This document shows, one piece after another, positions 27,815 to 37,034 of a stretch of DNA of 64,000 bases. The notes under the pieces were generated by a model. It did not search any database, had not been told where the DNA came from, and saw only the letters and a list, made by a program, of their open reading frames with translations. The translations under genes and the position numbers were made by a program. The stretch is taken from positions 32,001 to 96,000 of the IMG/VR virus record IMGVR_UViG_3300036790_000270. The stretch is one strand, 5' to 3'. This DNA comes from a virus. Each line of letters opens with the position of its first letter. The first letter of the stretch is position 1.

Positions 27815-28158
27815 TGCGCGGCCTTTCCCCAGCGCCCCGGTGGCTTCTGCTTCCGCCACACCAGGTTGCCCGGCGAGGCGTCCAGCTTGCCCCCGGGCCC
27901 GTGCCCTGCCTCGTACCCGGGGGGCCGGGGACGGTCAAAAGCCTCCAGCACCAGGTGGTGAACGTAGCGCCGGAGCATCGTGCCGTTCCGGTACAGCCGG
28001 ACCTCGGGGTACCCGTCGTTCTCCCGGATGTACCAGTTCATCAGCTTGCCGCCGCGAACTCCCCGGAGGGTTTTCCGCGGCAGGGAGCGCACGCTGCCCA
28101 GGCTGCTGACCTCGTACAGGCCCTCCCAGCCGTACACCGGCCGCCACTCTTCGTCCAT
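27811..28158 (-). CDS. NUMOD4-HNH homing endonuclease-like protein (possibly degenerate)
   Basis: EEWRPVYGWEGLYEVSSLGSVRS (NUMOD4), VHHLVLEAF...EAGH...NL.W. Confidence 0.8.
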   Translation of the reverse strand: MDEEWRPVYGWEGLYEVSSLGSVRSLPRKTLRGVRGGKLMNWYIRENDGYPEVRLYRNGTMLRRYVHHLVLEAFDRPRPPGYEAGHGPGGKLDASPGNLVWRKQKPPGRWGKAAH

Positions 28159-28205
28159 GCAGGACGTAACTGCCCGCGTGCCGGGTGTATTCCGGGTGGT
28201 GAGAC

Positions 28206-31200
28206 GTGACCGCGACCCCCCCGAAGCCGAGCCTGGTCAAGACCACCGCGCTGTCGATGGCGCAGGCGGTGACCGACCGGCTGACCGCGCTGCTGCCGAC
28301 GGTACCGAGCGCCGAGTCGCCGGTAACCGTCTACCAGGCGGGCACCCTGGGCGTCGGCGGCCAGCTGAACGCGCCCACCTCGGTCTTCCCCGCGGGCGCC
28401 GGCTACTACGGGGTGTGGACCGCACCGGACCTGAACGACGGCAACGCCTACACGGTGCAGGTGGAGTGCTTCGGCGGCGGCGGGGGCGGCGGCGGCGGCT
28501 CGACCACGACCGGCGGGGGCGGCGGCGGCGGGGCGGAGTACGCCAGGGAAACCTACTACCCGGTCAAGCCCGGCGCGGACTACGTGTGGACGGTCGGGGT
28601 GCCGGGCAGCGCGGGCACCGCCAACAGCGACAACAACCAGGGCGGGACCGCGGGCGGCAGCGGCGGCGACACGGTCTTCGACATCGCCGGGAGCGGGGTG
28701 GCGGGCGGCATCACGGCGCACGGCGGCCAGGGCGGTGACGTCGGTAACACCGGGATCGGCGGGACGGCCGGGTCGGGCAGTATCAACACCACCGAGTTCA
28801 GCGGCGGCGCCGGAGGTACCAATCTTCCCGGTTCTGGCGGCGGCGGGTCCGGCGGCCAGGGCGGTACCGACAATCCCGTTAGCCTGAACCAGGGAGGCAT
28901 GCTGAGCGCGCCGCCGCTCGCCTGGCTGGTGCTGAACGACGCCTCCTCCAACGGCCAGCTGAACGACAACAGCGGGAACAACAACACCGGCGCGGTCGGC
29001 AACCCGGGCGGCGGCAGCGGCGGCTTCACCTATGCCCAGCCGGGCGCGCCTGCCCAGGTGCCCGCCTACTCCAACGGCGCGAGCCCGCCGAGCTCACCCA
29101 ACCCGAGCGCCGCCGGGGACCAGCTGCGCTTCACGCTCAGCTCGCTGACCTCACCGTCGGCGTACTTCTACACGCCCGGCTACAGCGCCAACGGGTCGCA
29201 GTTCACCGTCTCCGGCTGGTTCACCCCCGACCCGACCGGCACCTGGGGCAACACCGCGACCGGCTCACGGGCCGTGCTGGTCGGCAACAACGCGGGCTAC
29301 GCGACCGCCAGCCGGGCCGGGGTCACCTTGTACCTGGTGAACAACGGGACGCCTGCCAACCAGAGCTGGCAGCTGGTCTACTACTGCTCCGACTTCTACA
29401 ACTACCAGACGGTCAGCACACCGCTGAAGCCGGTGGCGGGCACCGCGGTCTACATCGTCGCGACCTTTAGCTCCGGCACCATGAAGCTGTACGTCAACGG
29501 GACGCTCGCCGGCAGCGCCAGCGCTGGCTTCAGCAGCATTCCCGGCTGGCCGACCACGCCGTACTCGATGCTGGCGGGCGCCAACCCGACCCTGACCGGC
29601 GACTGGTTCTTCGGCTTCATGAGCAACCTCTGGTTCGCTGACGGGGTGCTGAACGCGGCGGGAGTCAGCCAGGCGTACGCTGGCTCGGGCGGCAGCTCCA
29701 CCGAGGGCGGTGCGGGCGGCGGCGCATCGGGCGGGCCCGCTGCCAACGGGGGCGCGGGGGCTGCTGGCAGCGGGTCCTCCGGCGGGGCAGGCGGTACCCC
29801 GGCAACGCAGCCCGCAACCTCGATCGGGCTGAACACCCCGGCGTCGGCTGGCATCGCGGGCGCGGCCGGCAGCTCCGGCAACTCCGGCATCACCGGCGCG
29901 GCCGGCGCGGGCGGCGGCGGGGCAGGCTCCAGCTCAGCGCCCCCGGTGATCACCACCGTGCAGGTCCCGTTCGTCACCGCGGCTTCCTACTGCGGGACGG
30001 ACGCGGGCGGCGGCGCGGCGGGCGCGGTCTACAACCCGGTCATCCAGGGCACCACGGGGCGGCTGTTCACCGGCGGCCTGGCCAGCGACACCGCCAGCGG
30101 CTCAAAGAACTCGCTGCTGGTCCTGCCGCCCAACCTGGCGGCCAGCCTCGCCAGCGGCAGCTACACGGTACTGCGGGTCACCCTCACCGTCACCAATGCC
30201 AACACCCAGGGCAGTCAGGCGGCGCTGATGCAAGTCGGCTGGAGCGCTGACACGTTCCTGCCGATCACCTATGAGGCCGGCGACATTGCCGGGTCTGCCG
30301 GGGTGATGGAGATCCCGGCCGGGGCGTACACGGTGACCGCGGACCTCACTGAGTCCCAGCTGGGGCTCTACCTGCAGAACGGCGGCGCGACCGCCCTGGT
30401 GCTCGGGCCGGGCAGTACCCCCACCTTCGCTGCCTACAGCGCGGACACAGCGGCTGACTTTTACACCGCGGTCTACGGGCCGGGTGCCACTGATAACGCG
30501 GGAAACTCCCTGCAGCCCTACCTGACCGTCACCTACGCGCAGGCGACCACCGTCCAGCAGGGCTCCCCGGGCGGGGCCGGCGCCATCCTGCTGACCTACC
30601 TGAACCAGGCGCAGACCCTTGTCGGCACCTGGAACTCCACTGACGGGATCAATGCCAGCGGCGGCCAGCTGACTGAGACGACCGTTGTCCTCGGCTCGAC
30701 GATCACCGACGCGGCCCTCGACGGCGCCCGCACGCTGAACCGCGGTGACGCCCGGCGCAGCATGCGGGCAGCTCGGGCACGGGGCCGGGCACTGGGGGCT
30801 CGCCCCGGCCGCCGCCTCGGCGCTGTTCCCGGGGCGCCGGGCACCATCCTCGGTTACACCGCTGGCACCACTACGGTTACCCAGGCGACCGCCGGAAGTT
30901 ACACGTTCACCGTGCCCGCGGACGTCACCTCCCTGAACGTGCAGTGCTGGGGCGGCGGCGGCGGTGGCACGGGCGGCAGCAACACGCAGGGGCAGGCAGG
31001 CGGCGGCGGCGGGGGGTACGCCGGGGAACCGAACTACGTGGTCAGCCCGGGGGACGTCATCAGTTACGTCGTCGGGGCGGCCGGCGCGGGCGACCACGTC
31101 GGGACTTCCACCAGCGCTAACGGGGGCAATACCCAGTTCGACACGACCGGCGTGGCGGGCGGCGGCGTGCTGGCTAACGGCGGCAAGTCGTACAGCAGCA

Positions 31201-32183
31201 GCCTCAACTACGGGCCCGGCGGCAGCTCGTCCGGCAATACGGTCAGCTTTGCCGGCGGCAACGGCGGTCCGCTTTACTCCGGTCAGTCCAACGGCTCGGG
31301 CGGCGGCGGCTCCGGCGGCACCACGGGGAACGGCGGCGGCGGCAGCAACGGCGGCGGGGCGGGCCGGGCAGGCAACGGCGGCGGTGAGCCGGGTGGCGCG
31401 GGCGCGGGTACCGGCAGTGGCTCCGGCGGCTCGGCGCCCGGGGGCGGCGGCGGCGGCGCGAGCAAGGGCACCAGTTCTTATACCGGCGGCTCCGGCGGCG
31501 CGGGCCAGGTGCTGATCACCTACGCATCGTCCACCGCGCTGGCCACCTCGATCGCGACCGCCTCCGGCAGCGACGCAGCGGGCAACACCTACCCGGCGGG
31601 CGTGATGACCGCGGCGCTGCAGGTGAACGGCACCACCACCACCGAAAACCAGACGGTGTCCAACACCACGACCACCGACATTCTGGCGGTCACCGCTAAC
31701 GCGACCGTCGGCGGCAACCACACGGTCACCGGCAACGTCGCCGCGGCTACCTATACCGGTGCGTCCGGCGGCGCGATGGAGAACAGCACCGGCATTCACT
31801 CCTCCGGCACCGTGGAGGCTGACGGCGGCCTGACAACCGGGGGCGGCGCCAGCATCAGCGGTGGCGCGAGCATCTCTGGCGGCATCGAGAACGACAGCAT
31901 GCACGCCTCGGCGAACGTGCAGATCGACGGTACCGGAAGCGTCAACGGCACGCTCACCGCGAGTTCCGGCATCGAAACCTCCAGCATGCACTCCACCGGG
32001 AACGTGCAGATCGACGGCACGCTCAACGGGCAGCCGGTCGGGGGCGGCGTAACAGGCGGCCAGGCGGGCGTATCGACGGTGTCCTCCGGTGAATCAAGTT
32101 ACGACCAAACACAGATGACCTCTTACGCGTCAGCAATTAACGGCATCATTTCCCGGCTAGAGTCATCCGGGCTTATCGGGTAA
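28206..32183 (+). CDS. minor tail/fibre protein, Gly-rich with LamG-like domain
   Basis: Gly-rich modules. FTVSGWF...YIVATFSSGTMKLYVNG...FFGFMSNL is a LamG-like pattern. C-terminal beta-helix-like repeats. Confidence 0.75.
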   Translation: MTATPPKPSLVKTTALSMAQAVTDRLTALLPTVPSAESPVTVYQAGTLGVGGQLNAPTSVFPAGAGYYGVWTAPDLNDGNAYTVQVECFGGGGGGGGGSTTTGGGGGGGAEYARETYYPVKPGADYVWTVGVPGSAGTANSDNNQGGTAGGSGGDTVFDIAGSGVAGGITAHGGQGGDVGNTGIGGTAGSGSINTTEFSGGAGGTNLPGSGGGGSGGQGGTDNPVSLNQGGMLSAPPLAWLVLNDASSNGQLNDNSGNNNTGAVGNPGGGSGGFTYAQPGAPAQVPAYSNGASPPSSPNPSAAGDQLRFTLSSLTSPSAYFYTPGYSANGSQFTVSGWFTPDPTGTWGNTATGSRAVLVGNNAGYATASRAGVTLYLVNNGTPANQSWQLVYYCSDFYNYQTVSTPLKPVAGTAVYIVATFSSGTMKLYVNGTLAGSASAGFSSIPGWPTTPYSMLAGANPTLTGDWFFGFMSNLWFADGVLNAAGVSQAYAGSGGSSTEGGAGGGASGGPAANGGAGAAGSGSSGGAGGTPATQPATSIGLNTPASAGIAGAAGSSGNSGITGAAGAGGGGAGSSSAPPVITTVQVPFVTAASYCGTDAGGGAAGAVYNPVIQGTTGRLFTGGLASDTASGSKNSLLVLPPNLAASLASGSYTVLRVTLTVTNANTQGSQAALMQVGWSADTFLPITYEAGDIAGSAGVMEIPAGAYTVTADLTESQLGLYLQNGGATALVLGPGSTPTFAAYSADTAADFYTAVYGPGATDNAGNSLQPYLTVTYAQATTVQQGSPGGAGAILLTYLNQAQTLVGTWNSTDGINASGGQLTETTVVLGSTITDAALDGARTLNRGDARRSMRAARARGRALGARPGRRLGAVPGAPGTILGYTAGTTTVTQATAGSYTFTVPADVTSLNVQCWGGGGGGTGGSNTQGQAGGGGGGYAGEPNYVVSPGDVISYVVGAAGAGDHVGTSTSANGGNTQFDTTGVAGGGVLANGGKSYSSSLNYGPGGSSSGNTVSFAGGNGGPLYSGQSNGSGGGGSGGTTGNGGGGSNGGGAGRAGNGGGEPGGAGAGTGSGSGGSAPGGGGGGASKGTSSYTGGSGGAGQVLITYASSTALATSIATASGSDAAGNTYPAGVMTAALQVNGTTTTENQTVSNTTTTDILAVTANATVGGNHTVTGNVAAATYTGASGGAMENSTGIHSSGTVEADGGLTTGGGASISGGASISGGIENDSMHASANVQIDGTGSVNGTLTASSGIETSSMHSTGNVQIDGTLNGQPVGGGVTGGQAGVSTVSSGESSYDQTQMTSYASAINGIISRLESSGLIG

Positions 32184-32194
32184 AGGCTGGATAG

Positions 32195-33934
32195 ATGGCA
32201 CTGGAGAAGCTGGACGCCACCCAGATCTGCACCTGGGCGCCGCCGTTGCCGCGACGGGCGTTCCCCGTTCAGGCGGCCGGGGTGACCAGCGACAGCGTCG
32301 GGGTGAGCCTGGGCGGGGCGACGGTCAACGGCGTGCAGTACGGGTACTTCCTGCTGAACACCAGCCAGTGGGGGGTCAGCCCGAGTCTTAACCTGCCGCC
32401 GGTCAGCGTCGGGGAGCGGTTCCAGCTGTGCACGGCGGTTTCCGGGCGCTCGTTCCTGCCGATGCCCGGGTTCGAGGGCGGTGAGGCGCTGCCGCCGTCG
32501 CTGGTTGCCGATGCCGGGGCGGGGGGCACTACCTACGCGCCGGACCTGTTCAACGTGTCGATGATGTTCCCGACCGCGTACGCGGTGAAAGACCCGACGC
32601 TGTGCTCGGTGGTCTCCACCCGGCAGGACGGGGCTAACTCCTGGTACGTTTACTACTCGCCGTACAACCCGGCTATCTCGGTTACCCCGGGCGGCGACGG
32701 CCTGGTGACGGTGCCGGAGCTGTCGTCCCCCAAGTGGCTCGGCCAGATCGGGCACGTGGCCGGCGTGGACTACTCCTACTCGATCCCCGGCGGTCCTGAC
32801 CAGCTGACCTGCGTGCTGCAGACCGAGCCGGACTACCGGACCGACGCGATCAACCCGGGGCGGGTCGTCACCGCGCACCGCGGCGGCTCCTGCATCTGGG
32901 AGGGCGTCCTGACCGAGCCGGTCCCGGCCTCTACCACCGGGTGGACGCTGACCGCTAACGGCTGCGGTACCTACGGCACCAACTTCGGCGCCTGGTGGCA
33001 GCTTGACTACCCGGACTCCTGGTCGGTGGACGGCCCGATTGACCTGGCGATCGGGCGCGGCCTGCGCTGGGCGAACCCGGGCCAGTACTCGGCGGGCGGC
33101 AGCGCCTACCTGGGTCCCGTCCAGGAGCCGGGCAGCCTGACCCTCACCGACTTCATGAACCTGCTGTGCACCGGCGGCGCCCTGTCCTGGCAGCTGGTGC
33201 AGCCACCGTCGGCGAGCTCGTTCCCGCCCGGCCCGTGGGTACTGAACCTGTTCCCGCTGCCCACCGACTCCTCGGGCAACCCGATCGCGTCGCAGCCGTC
33301 GGACGTGCTGGCCTCCGAGCTGTTCACCTTCGACCGGTGGTCCCGTTCCGACTTGTCCGCTACGTCCTCGCGCCGGCCGCCGGACCTGTACATCATCAAC
33401 ACCAACCCGGTCGGCCGGACGATCGCCGCGGACATTAACACGGTCATCGTCTACTACGAGGTAACCGACGACACGACGGCCACCTCGACGACGACGGCAG
33501 CGGCGGCCACCTACGGCACCACGTTCGCGGACATTCCCGGCTCGGTAGCCCGGCACGGGCGCCTGGAGTACTTCCTCGACGTGAGCTCCGCCGGGGTGAT
33601 GACGCAGCCGCAGGCCGCCCAGATCGCGCAGAACGTGCTGAGCAAGTACGTGCGGGCGAACTTCTCCGGCAGCTTCAGCGTGCAGCCCGGCCAGCTGCTG
33701 AACGTCGGCGGCTACCCGGTTGACCTGGGTTGCAACTGGGGCGGCTACATGGCCTCGCTGCAGGTGGAGAACTTCGCGGCCGGCGGTGAGGTGGGCTTCG
33801 GCCCGATCACCTTCCAGATCGGCGAGTACGAGTTCAACGACGATTCCCAGACAGCCATGATCACGCCGTACCAGAATGCGCGCACGGACATGTCGTCGGT
33901 GATAGCCCAGCTTTACCCGGGTAAGTTCACGTAG
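32195..33934 (+). CDS. minor tail protein
   Basis: Position. YSIPGG, IWEGVLTEP, S.ARHGRLE patterns resemble tail hub proteins. Confidence 0.65.
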   Translation: MALEKLDATQICTWAPPLPRRAFPVQAAGVTSDSVGVSLGGATVNGVQYGYFLLNTSQWGVSPSLNLPPVSVGERFQLCTAVSGRSFLPMPGFEGGEALPPSLVADAGAGGTTYAPDLFNVSMMFPTAYAVKDPTLCSVVSTRQDGANSWYVYYSPYNPAISVTPGGDGLVTVPELSSPKWLGQIGHVAGVDYSYSIPGGPDQLTCVLQTEPDYRTDAINPGRVVTAHRGGSCIWEGVLTEPVPASTTGWTLTANGCGTYGTNFGAWWQLDYPDSWSVDGPIDLAIGRGLRWANPGQYSAGGSAYLGPVQEPGSLTLTDFMNLLCTGGALSWQLVQPPSASSFPPGPWVLNLFPLPTDSSGNPIASQPSDVLASELFTFDRWSRSDLSATSSRRPPDLYIINTNPVGRTIAADINTVIVYYEVTDDTTATSTTTAAAATYGTTFADIPGSVARHGRLEYFLDVSSAGVMTQPQAAQIAQNVLSKYVRANFSGSFSVQPGQLLNVGGYPVDLGCNWGGYMASLQVENFAAGGEVGFGPITFQIGEYEFNDDSQTAMITPYQNARTDMSSVIAQLYPGKFT

Positions 33935-34577
33935 TTTTTACTTCCGGGGGCGGACCTGTTGCTAGTACGCATTCAGCGGGGTCGAGAGGGACTGACGGGT
34001 AATGGTGCACTGTAACTTCACCGGCTGATGTATAAGGGATGCCAGCTTCCAGCCAGGACTGCACGAGCAGCCAGTCTTCCGCAGGATGCGCCTGCTCCCA
34101 GGTAGCTGTCTTCAGTACCCAGCGCCGGTGCATGAGCATTGAGCTTTGCACGCGTCCGTGGGCAGGTCGCCCGTCTCCGATCCGGACTACCCCGGATGTC
34201 ATGTGGACCAAGGCCCGGGAAAAACCGAAGCCTGCGTCAGGCTCGTTAATTAGAGCTTTAGCTAGGACTTCCAGGTGCCTAGGCTCCCAACAGTCATCGT
34301 CGTCCAAGTAGGCAATGAACTCACCCCGGGCTAGTTCAAGGCCGCGTAGTCGTGCGAGGTGCCCCCAGTGCCGCTTCGGGTCATGCCCAGGTAGTTCGCT
34401 GTACTTAATGTGCGCTGGCCAGTCGATGGCAGCCAGGACCTGGTCAGGGCCGTCCGATACGATGACATGCTCGCACGGCCATTGCTGTGCCTTAACCGAC
34501 GGGACGCACCTACCTAGAAGTGTGCTGTGCCGCTGCCACGACGGGGTAATAACGGAAACTAGCGGCTCGTCCGTCAC
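33927..34577 (-). CDS. glycosyltransferase family 2 (paralogue of 2008-2637)
   Basis: PLVSVITPSWQR, HVIVSDGPD, RHWGH.ARL, ARGEFIAYLDDDD, EDW.LVQ.W.EAG. Confidence 0.88.
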   Translation of the reverse strand: MTDEPLVSVITPSWQRHSTLLGRCVPSVKAQQWPCEHVIVSDGPDQVLAAIDWPAHIKYSELPGHDPKRHWGHLARLRGLELARGEFIAYLDDDDCWEPRHLEVLAKALINEPDAGFGFSRALVHMTSGVVRIGDGRPAHGRVQSSMLMHRRWVLKTATWEQAHPAEDWLLVQSWLEAGIPYTSAGEVTVHHYPSVPLDPAECVLATGPPPEVKTT

Positions 34578-34972
34578 GAGGTGTTAGCGACGACCATCCA
34601 GTAGGTGACGTCCATACTGTAGCCGTCACCTCCGCTTTGCAACTTTACTGACCCCTGAAATCGCCACTTTGTGTTATCTGTAGGGTGAGGGCCGTCTGCG
34701 GACAGCCACGCATTACCAAATCCGGATACCTGGATGCCCGAGCCTAGAACCGTGGTTCCCGCTGGGATAGCCATGTCGTACGTCGTATTCGACGTAACAG
34801 TGTCGTCGTAGGTAAGCAGCTGCAAGCCGAGTGCGCCAATCCAGCTGACTTCGGCCTGTCCGTCAACTACAGACACCGTGTCCGGGTCAACGATGTTAAG
34901 CGCCGTACCGCAGGAAAGTGCCGAAGTCTGATAGACAGCGTGAAGCAGCCCGTTAGCGTCAGGAATAGCCAT
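34574..34972 (-). CDS. hypothetical protein (beta-rich)
   Basis: ORF track; RBS AGGAAGG upstream; coupled to the glycosyltransferase gene. Confidence 0.6.
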   Translation of the reverse strand: MAIPDANGLLHAVYQTSALSCGTALNIVDPDTVSVVDGQAEVSWIGALGLQLLTYDDTVTSNTTYDMAIPAGTTVLGSGIQVSGFGNAWLSADGPHPTDNTKWRFQGSVKLQSGGDGYSMDVTYWMVVANTS

Positions 34973-35209
34973 AACGTGCCTTCCTAATTTTAATCGTTGT
35001 TTGCCTTAAAGTTTAATCCAGTTACCGTCGTTAGGGCCGTGGTCGTTCACGTCAACCAGCGGCCACTCGGGAACGTCAACGCGGGCGGGCGCCACCTGGC
35101 CGGCCCGGGGCCAGTGCTCCTCGCCGTTACCGAGCTTGCCGTCCAGGCCTGATACGTCTTTCACAAGGCCAGGGTACGCGCAGGCCTCGCTGTGGATCAG
35201 CACGCCCGG

Positions 35210-35250
35210 CATACTGGTGAGTAGGTCCTGCGGCCGTGCCCGGAGCCAGG
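35210..35250 (+). promoter_or_regulatory. putative late promoter -10 plus leader RNA motif, copy 5
   Basis: CATACT (35210-35215), then CCTG-C-GGCC-GTGCCC-GGAGC-CAGG. Confidence 0.55.
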
Positions 35251-35283
35251 TCCCCGCTAGAGCATGACAGTGAGGGAGAAGCC

Positions 35284-35655
35284 GTGCCAGGGACCGAAGA
35301 AAGCCGCGCGATCCCGGCGGTGCCCCCGGAAAGAACGGGCGTGTCCCGGAACGGGAAGCTGCTCGCCGCGGCGCTGCTACTGCTAGCCGTGATCCTTGGC
35401 GCGACCAACCTGTGGTCCAGCTATGTTGAGAACCACCAGTTCGAACAGCAGTTCACTACGGCTCAGGCCAAGGCCGCGGCGGCACAGCAGAAGACGGCGG
35501 TAACCGAGATCCAGGCGCTGTGCAAGGACCTCGGCACCATGGCGGCGATACCGGCTCCTGCCGGGCCCGCCCAGTCGAACCCGTCCCGTGGCTACGAGCA
35601 GGCTGAGCACCTGGCGTGGCAAGGGCTGTACACGAGCATCCGCTGCCGCCCGTGA
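35284..35655 (+). CDS. single-pass membrane protein (lysis-cassette type)
   Basis: GTG at 35284 after GAGGGAG. One TM helix (LLAAALLLLAVILGA) and two Cys in the outer part. Confidence 0.55.
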   Translation: MPGTEESRAIPAVPPERTGVSRNGKLLAAALLLLAVILGATNLWSSYVENHQFEQQFTTAQAKAAAAQQKTAVTEIQALCKDLGTMAAIPAPAGPAQSNPSRGYEQAEHLAWQGLYTSIRCRP

Positions 35656-35996
35656 ACCCGGAATGGCTCACTGCGCTAGCCGCGCTGATCACGATCGTCG
35701 CCGGGATACTCGCCTGGGGTGCACAGAAAGTCTGGTACGTCTTCCGGCGCACGGATCAGTTCCTGGAAGACTGGAACGGTGTTTCAGCTGACAAGGGTCA
35801 CGAAGGGTATCCCGGTGTGATGACCCGGCTGCTAGCGCTAGAGCACAGCATGACCGACATCCAGGGGCAGGTGCACCTGAACAGCGGGCACTCAATGCGA
35901 GATGAAGTACAGCGTACCGAGGCCGCCGTGGAAGAGCTGACGATCAAGCTAGGAAAAGTAGAGCTGACGGTTAACGAGCTGAATGGCCGCCAGTAA
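35652..35996 (+). CDS. membrane protein with coiled coil (lysis-cassette type)
   Basis: N-terminal TM helix. DW.G...PGV..RL..LE...NSGHSMRD motif, common after actinophage tail genes. Confidence 0.6.
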   Translation: MNPEWLTALAALITIVAGILAWGAQKVWYVFRRTDQFLEDWNGVSADKGHEGYPGVMTRLLALEHSMTDIQGQVHLNSGHSMRDEVQRTEAAVEELTIKLGKVELTVNELNGRQ

Positions 35997-35999
35997 CGC

Positions 36000-36117
36000 G
36001 CCGGCGTCTGGGAGTTGGGTTTCGTAAACGACTTGGCCGGGCGTAGATTGATTGGGTCTCGCATGCGATATGGCCCCGGCGTAAGTAAGCTGGGTTTCGT
36101 GACCTGATTGGCCGGGA
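36000..36117 (-). repeat. TIGR-like mini-array, 3 units
   Basis: Spacer pairs on +: tctgggagt/taaacgact, tagattgat/catgcgata, taagtaagc/tgacctgat. Loops tgggt(t/c)tcg; edges tggcc..ggcg. Confidence 0.8.
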
Positions 36118-36124
36118 GCCCGGG

Positions 36125-36283
36125 TCAGAGCAGCTTCTGCAGTTCCGCCAGGATCGCGGTGAACTGAGCCGTTACGAACTTCACGGCAAGCGCTACTTCG
36201 GTCTTGCCCTCGGTCACCATCTGCTGCTCCAGTGCCTGCAGGTCGGCAATCAGGCCTTGCAGGTCGGTGATGATCTCGTTCAT
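36125..36283 (-). CDS. small helical protein (52 aa)
   Basis: Translated by hand: MNEIITDLQGLIADLQALEQQ...AELQKLL. GGAAGGG upstream. Confidence 0.55.
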   Translation of the reverse strand: MNEIITDLQGLIADLQALEQQMVTEGKTEVALAVKFVTAQFTAILAELQKLL

Positions 36284-36446
36284 GAGCGCCCTTCCGGGAA
36301 GTTAGCTGCTGTGACAGGTACCGCAGACGTGCGTGTGGCTTTCACCGGGGTAGATCCACACCCCGCACACGTGAGAGTAGACATTACCTTTCACCGGCTG
36401 CCCGCACTGCCCCCAGGTGACGCCGCACATGACCTTATGCGGCATG

Positions 36447-36959
36447 TCAGCTGTCGTCTCCCGGCTGCGGTGGCAACCCGAGTTCCGTGTGCGTTACCGG
36501 GCCGTGCCGCGGCCGGTAGTCAGCCGCGTTAGAACCGTGGCCGGGAGCTGTTTTCCGGGCAGCACGGTCACGCTGCGCCTTTTCCTTCTGCGCGCGGACG
36601 TTAGCCGCGTGCTTCACCTGGCCGTTCGCCTGCCGGGACAGCTGGTGCCCCATCTTCAGGAACAGCCGGGCCAGGGCGAGGGCGGTGCCGGTCTCCGGAT
36701 CGTAGATGTCCGTGTTGTCCCGCTTGGACGAGCCGGTTGCCGTCAGGAACGGGTCGTACATGTTGTCCGCGGTAGACAATGTTCCCCGCGCGACGGTTGC
36801 GCCCGGGTCGGCCAGCACGGTCACGTGGACGGTGAAAGAATCCGGGGTGCCGGGTGCGCGAACCGGCTGCGGCGGCAGCGGGTAATAAGGGGACGGGTCC
36901 GGGGGGGCGAAGATGCCCGGGTGCTGCTTTTTCTGCTGCGACACAGTGCTCCTTGTCAT
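36447..36959 (-). CDS. Rv2632c/DUF1876-like (dsRBD-fold) protein
   Basis: ATGSSKR...D.YDPETG.ALALAR motif. Confidence 0.5.
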   Translation of the reverse strand: MTRSTVSQQKKQHPGIFAPPDPSPYYPLPPQPVRAPGTPDSFTVHVTVLADPGATVARGTLSTADNMYDPFLTATGSSKRDNTDIYDPETGTALALARLFLKMGHQLSRQANGQVKHAANVRAQKEKAQRDRAARKTAPGHGSNAADYRPRHGPVTHTELGLPPQPGDDS

Positions 36960-36965
36960 GCGGAT

Positions 36966-37023
36966 CGCCCGCGCCCGGCGTTACATGTTTGGGCCCCGCA
37001 AGTGGAATGGCCGGGCGCGGGCG
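36966..37023 (-). ncRNA. solo TIGR-like unit closed by a perfect 14-bp stem
   Basis: On +: cgcccgcgcccggc-g-ttacatgtt-tgggccccg-caagtggaa-tg-gccgggcgcgggcg. Confidence 0.75.
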
Positions 37024-37034
37024 GGCGGGTAAAG

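Noticed and set aside
24390-31500. GGC-rich tandem runs as DNA repeats
   Set aside because: They are explained by poly-Gly codons in tail proteins.
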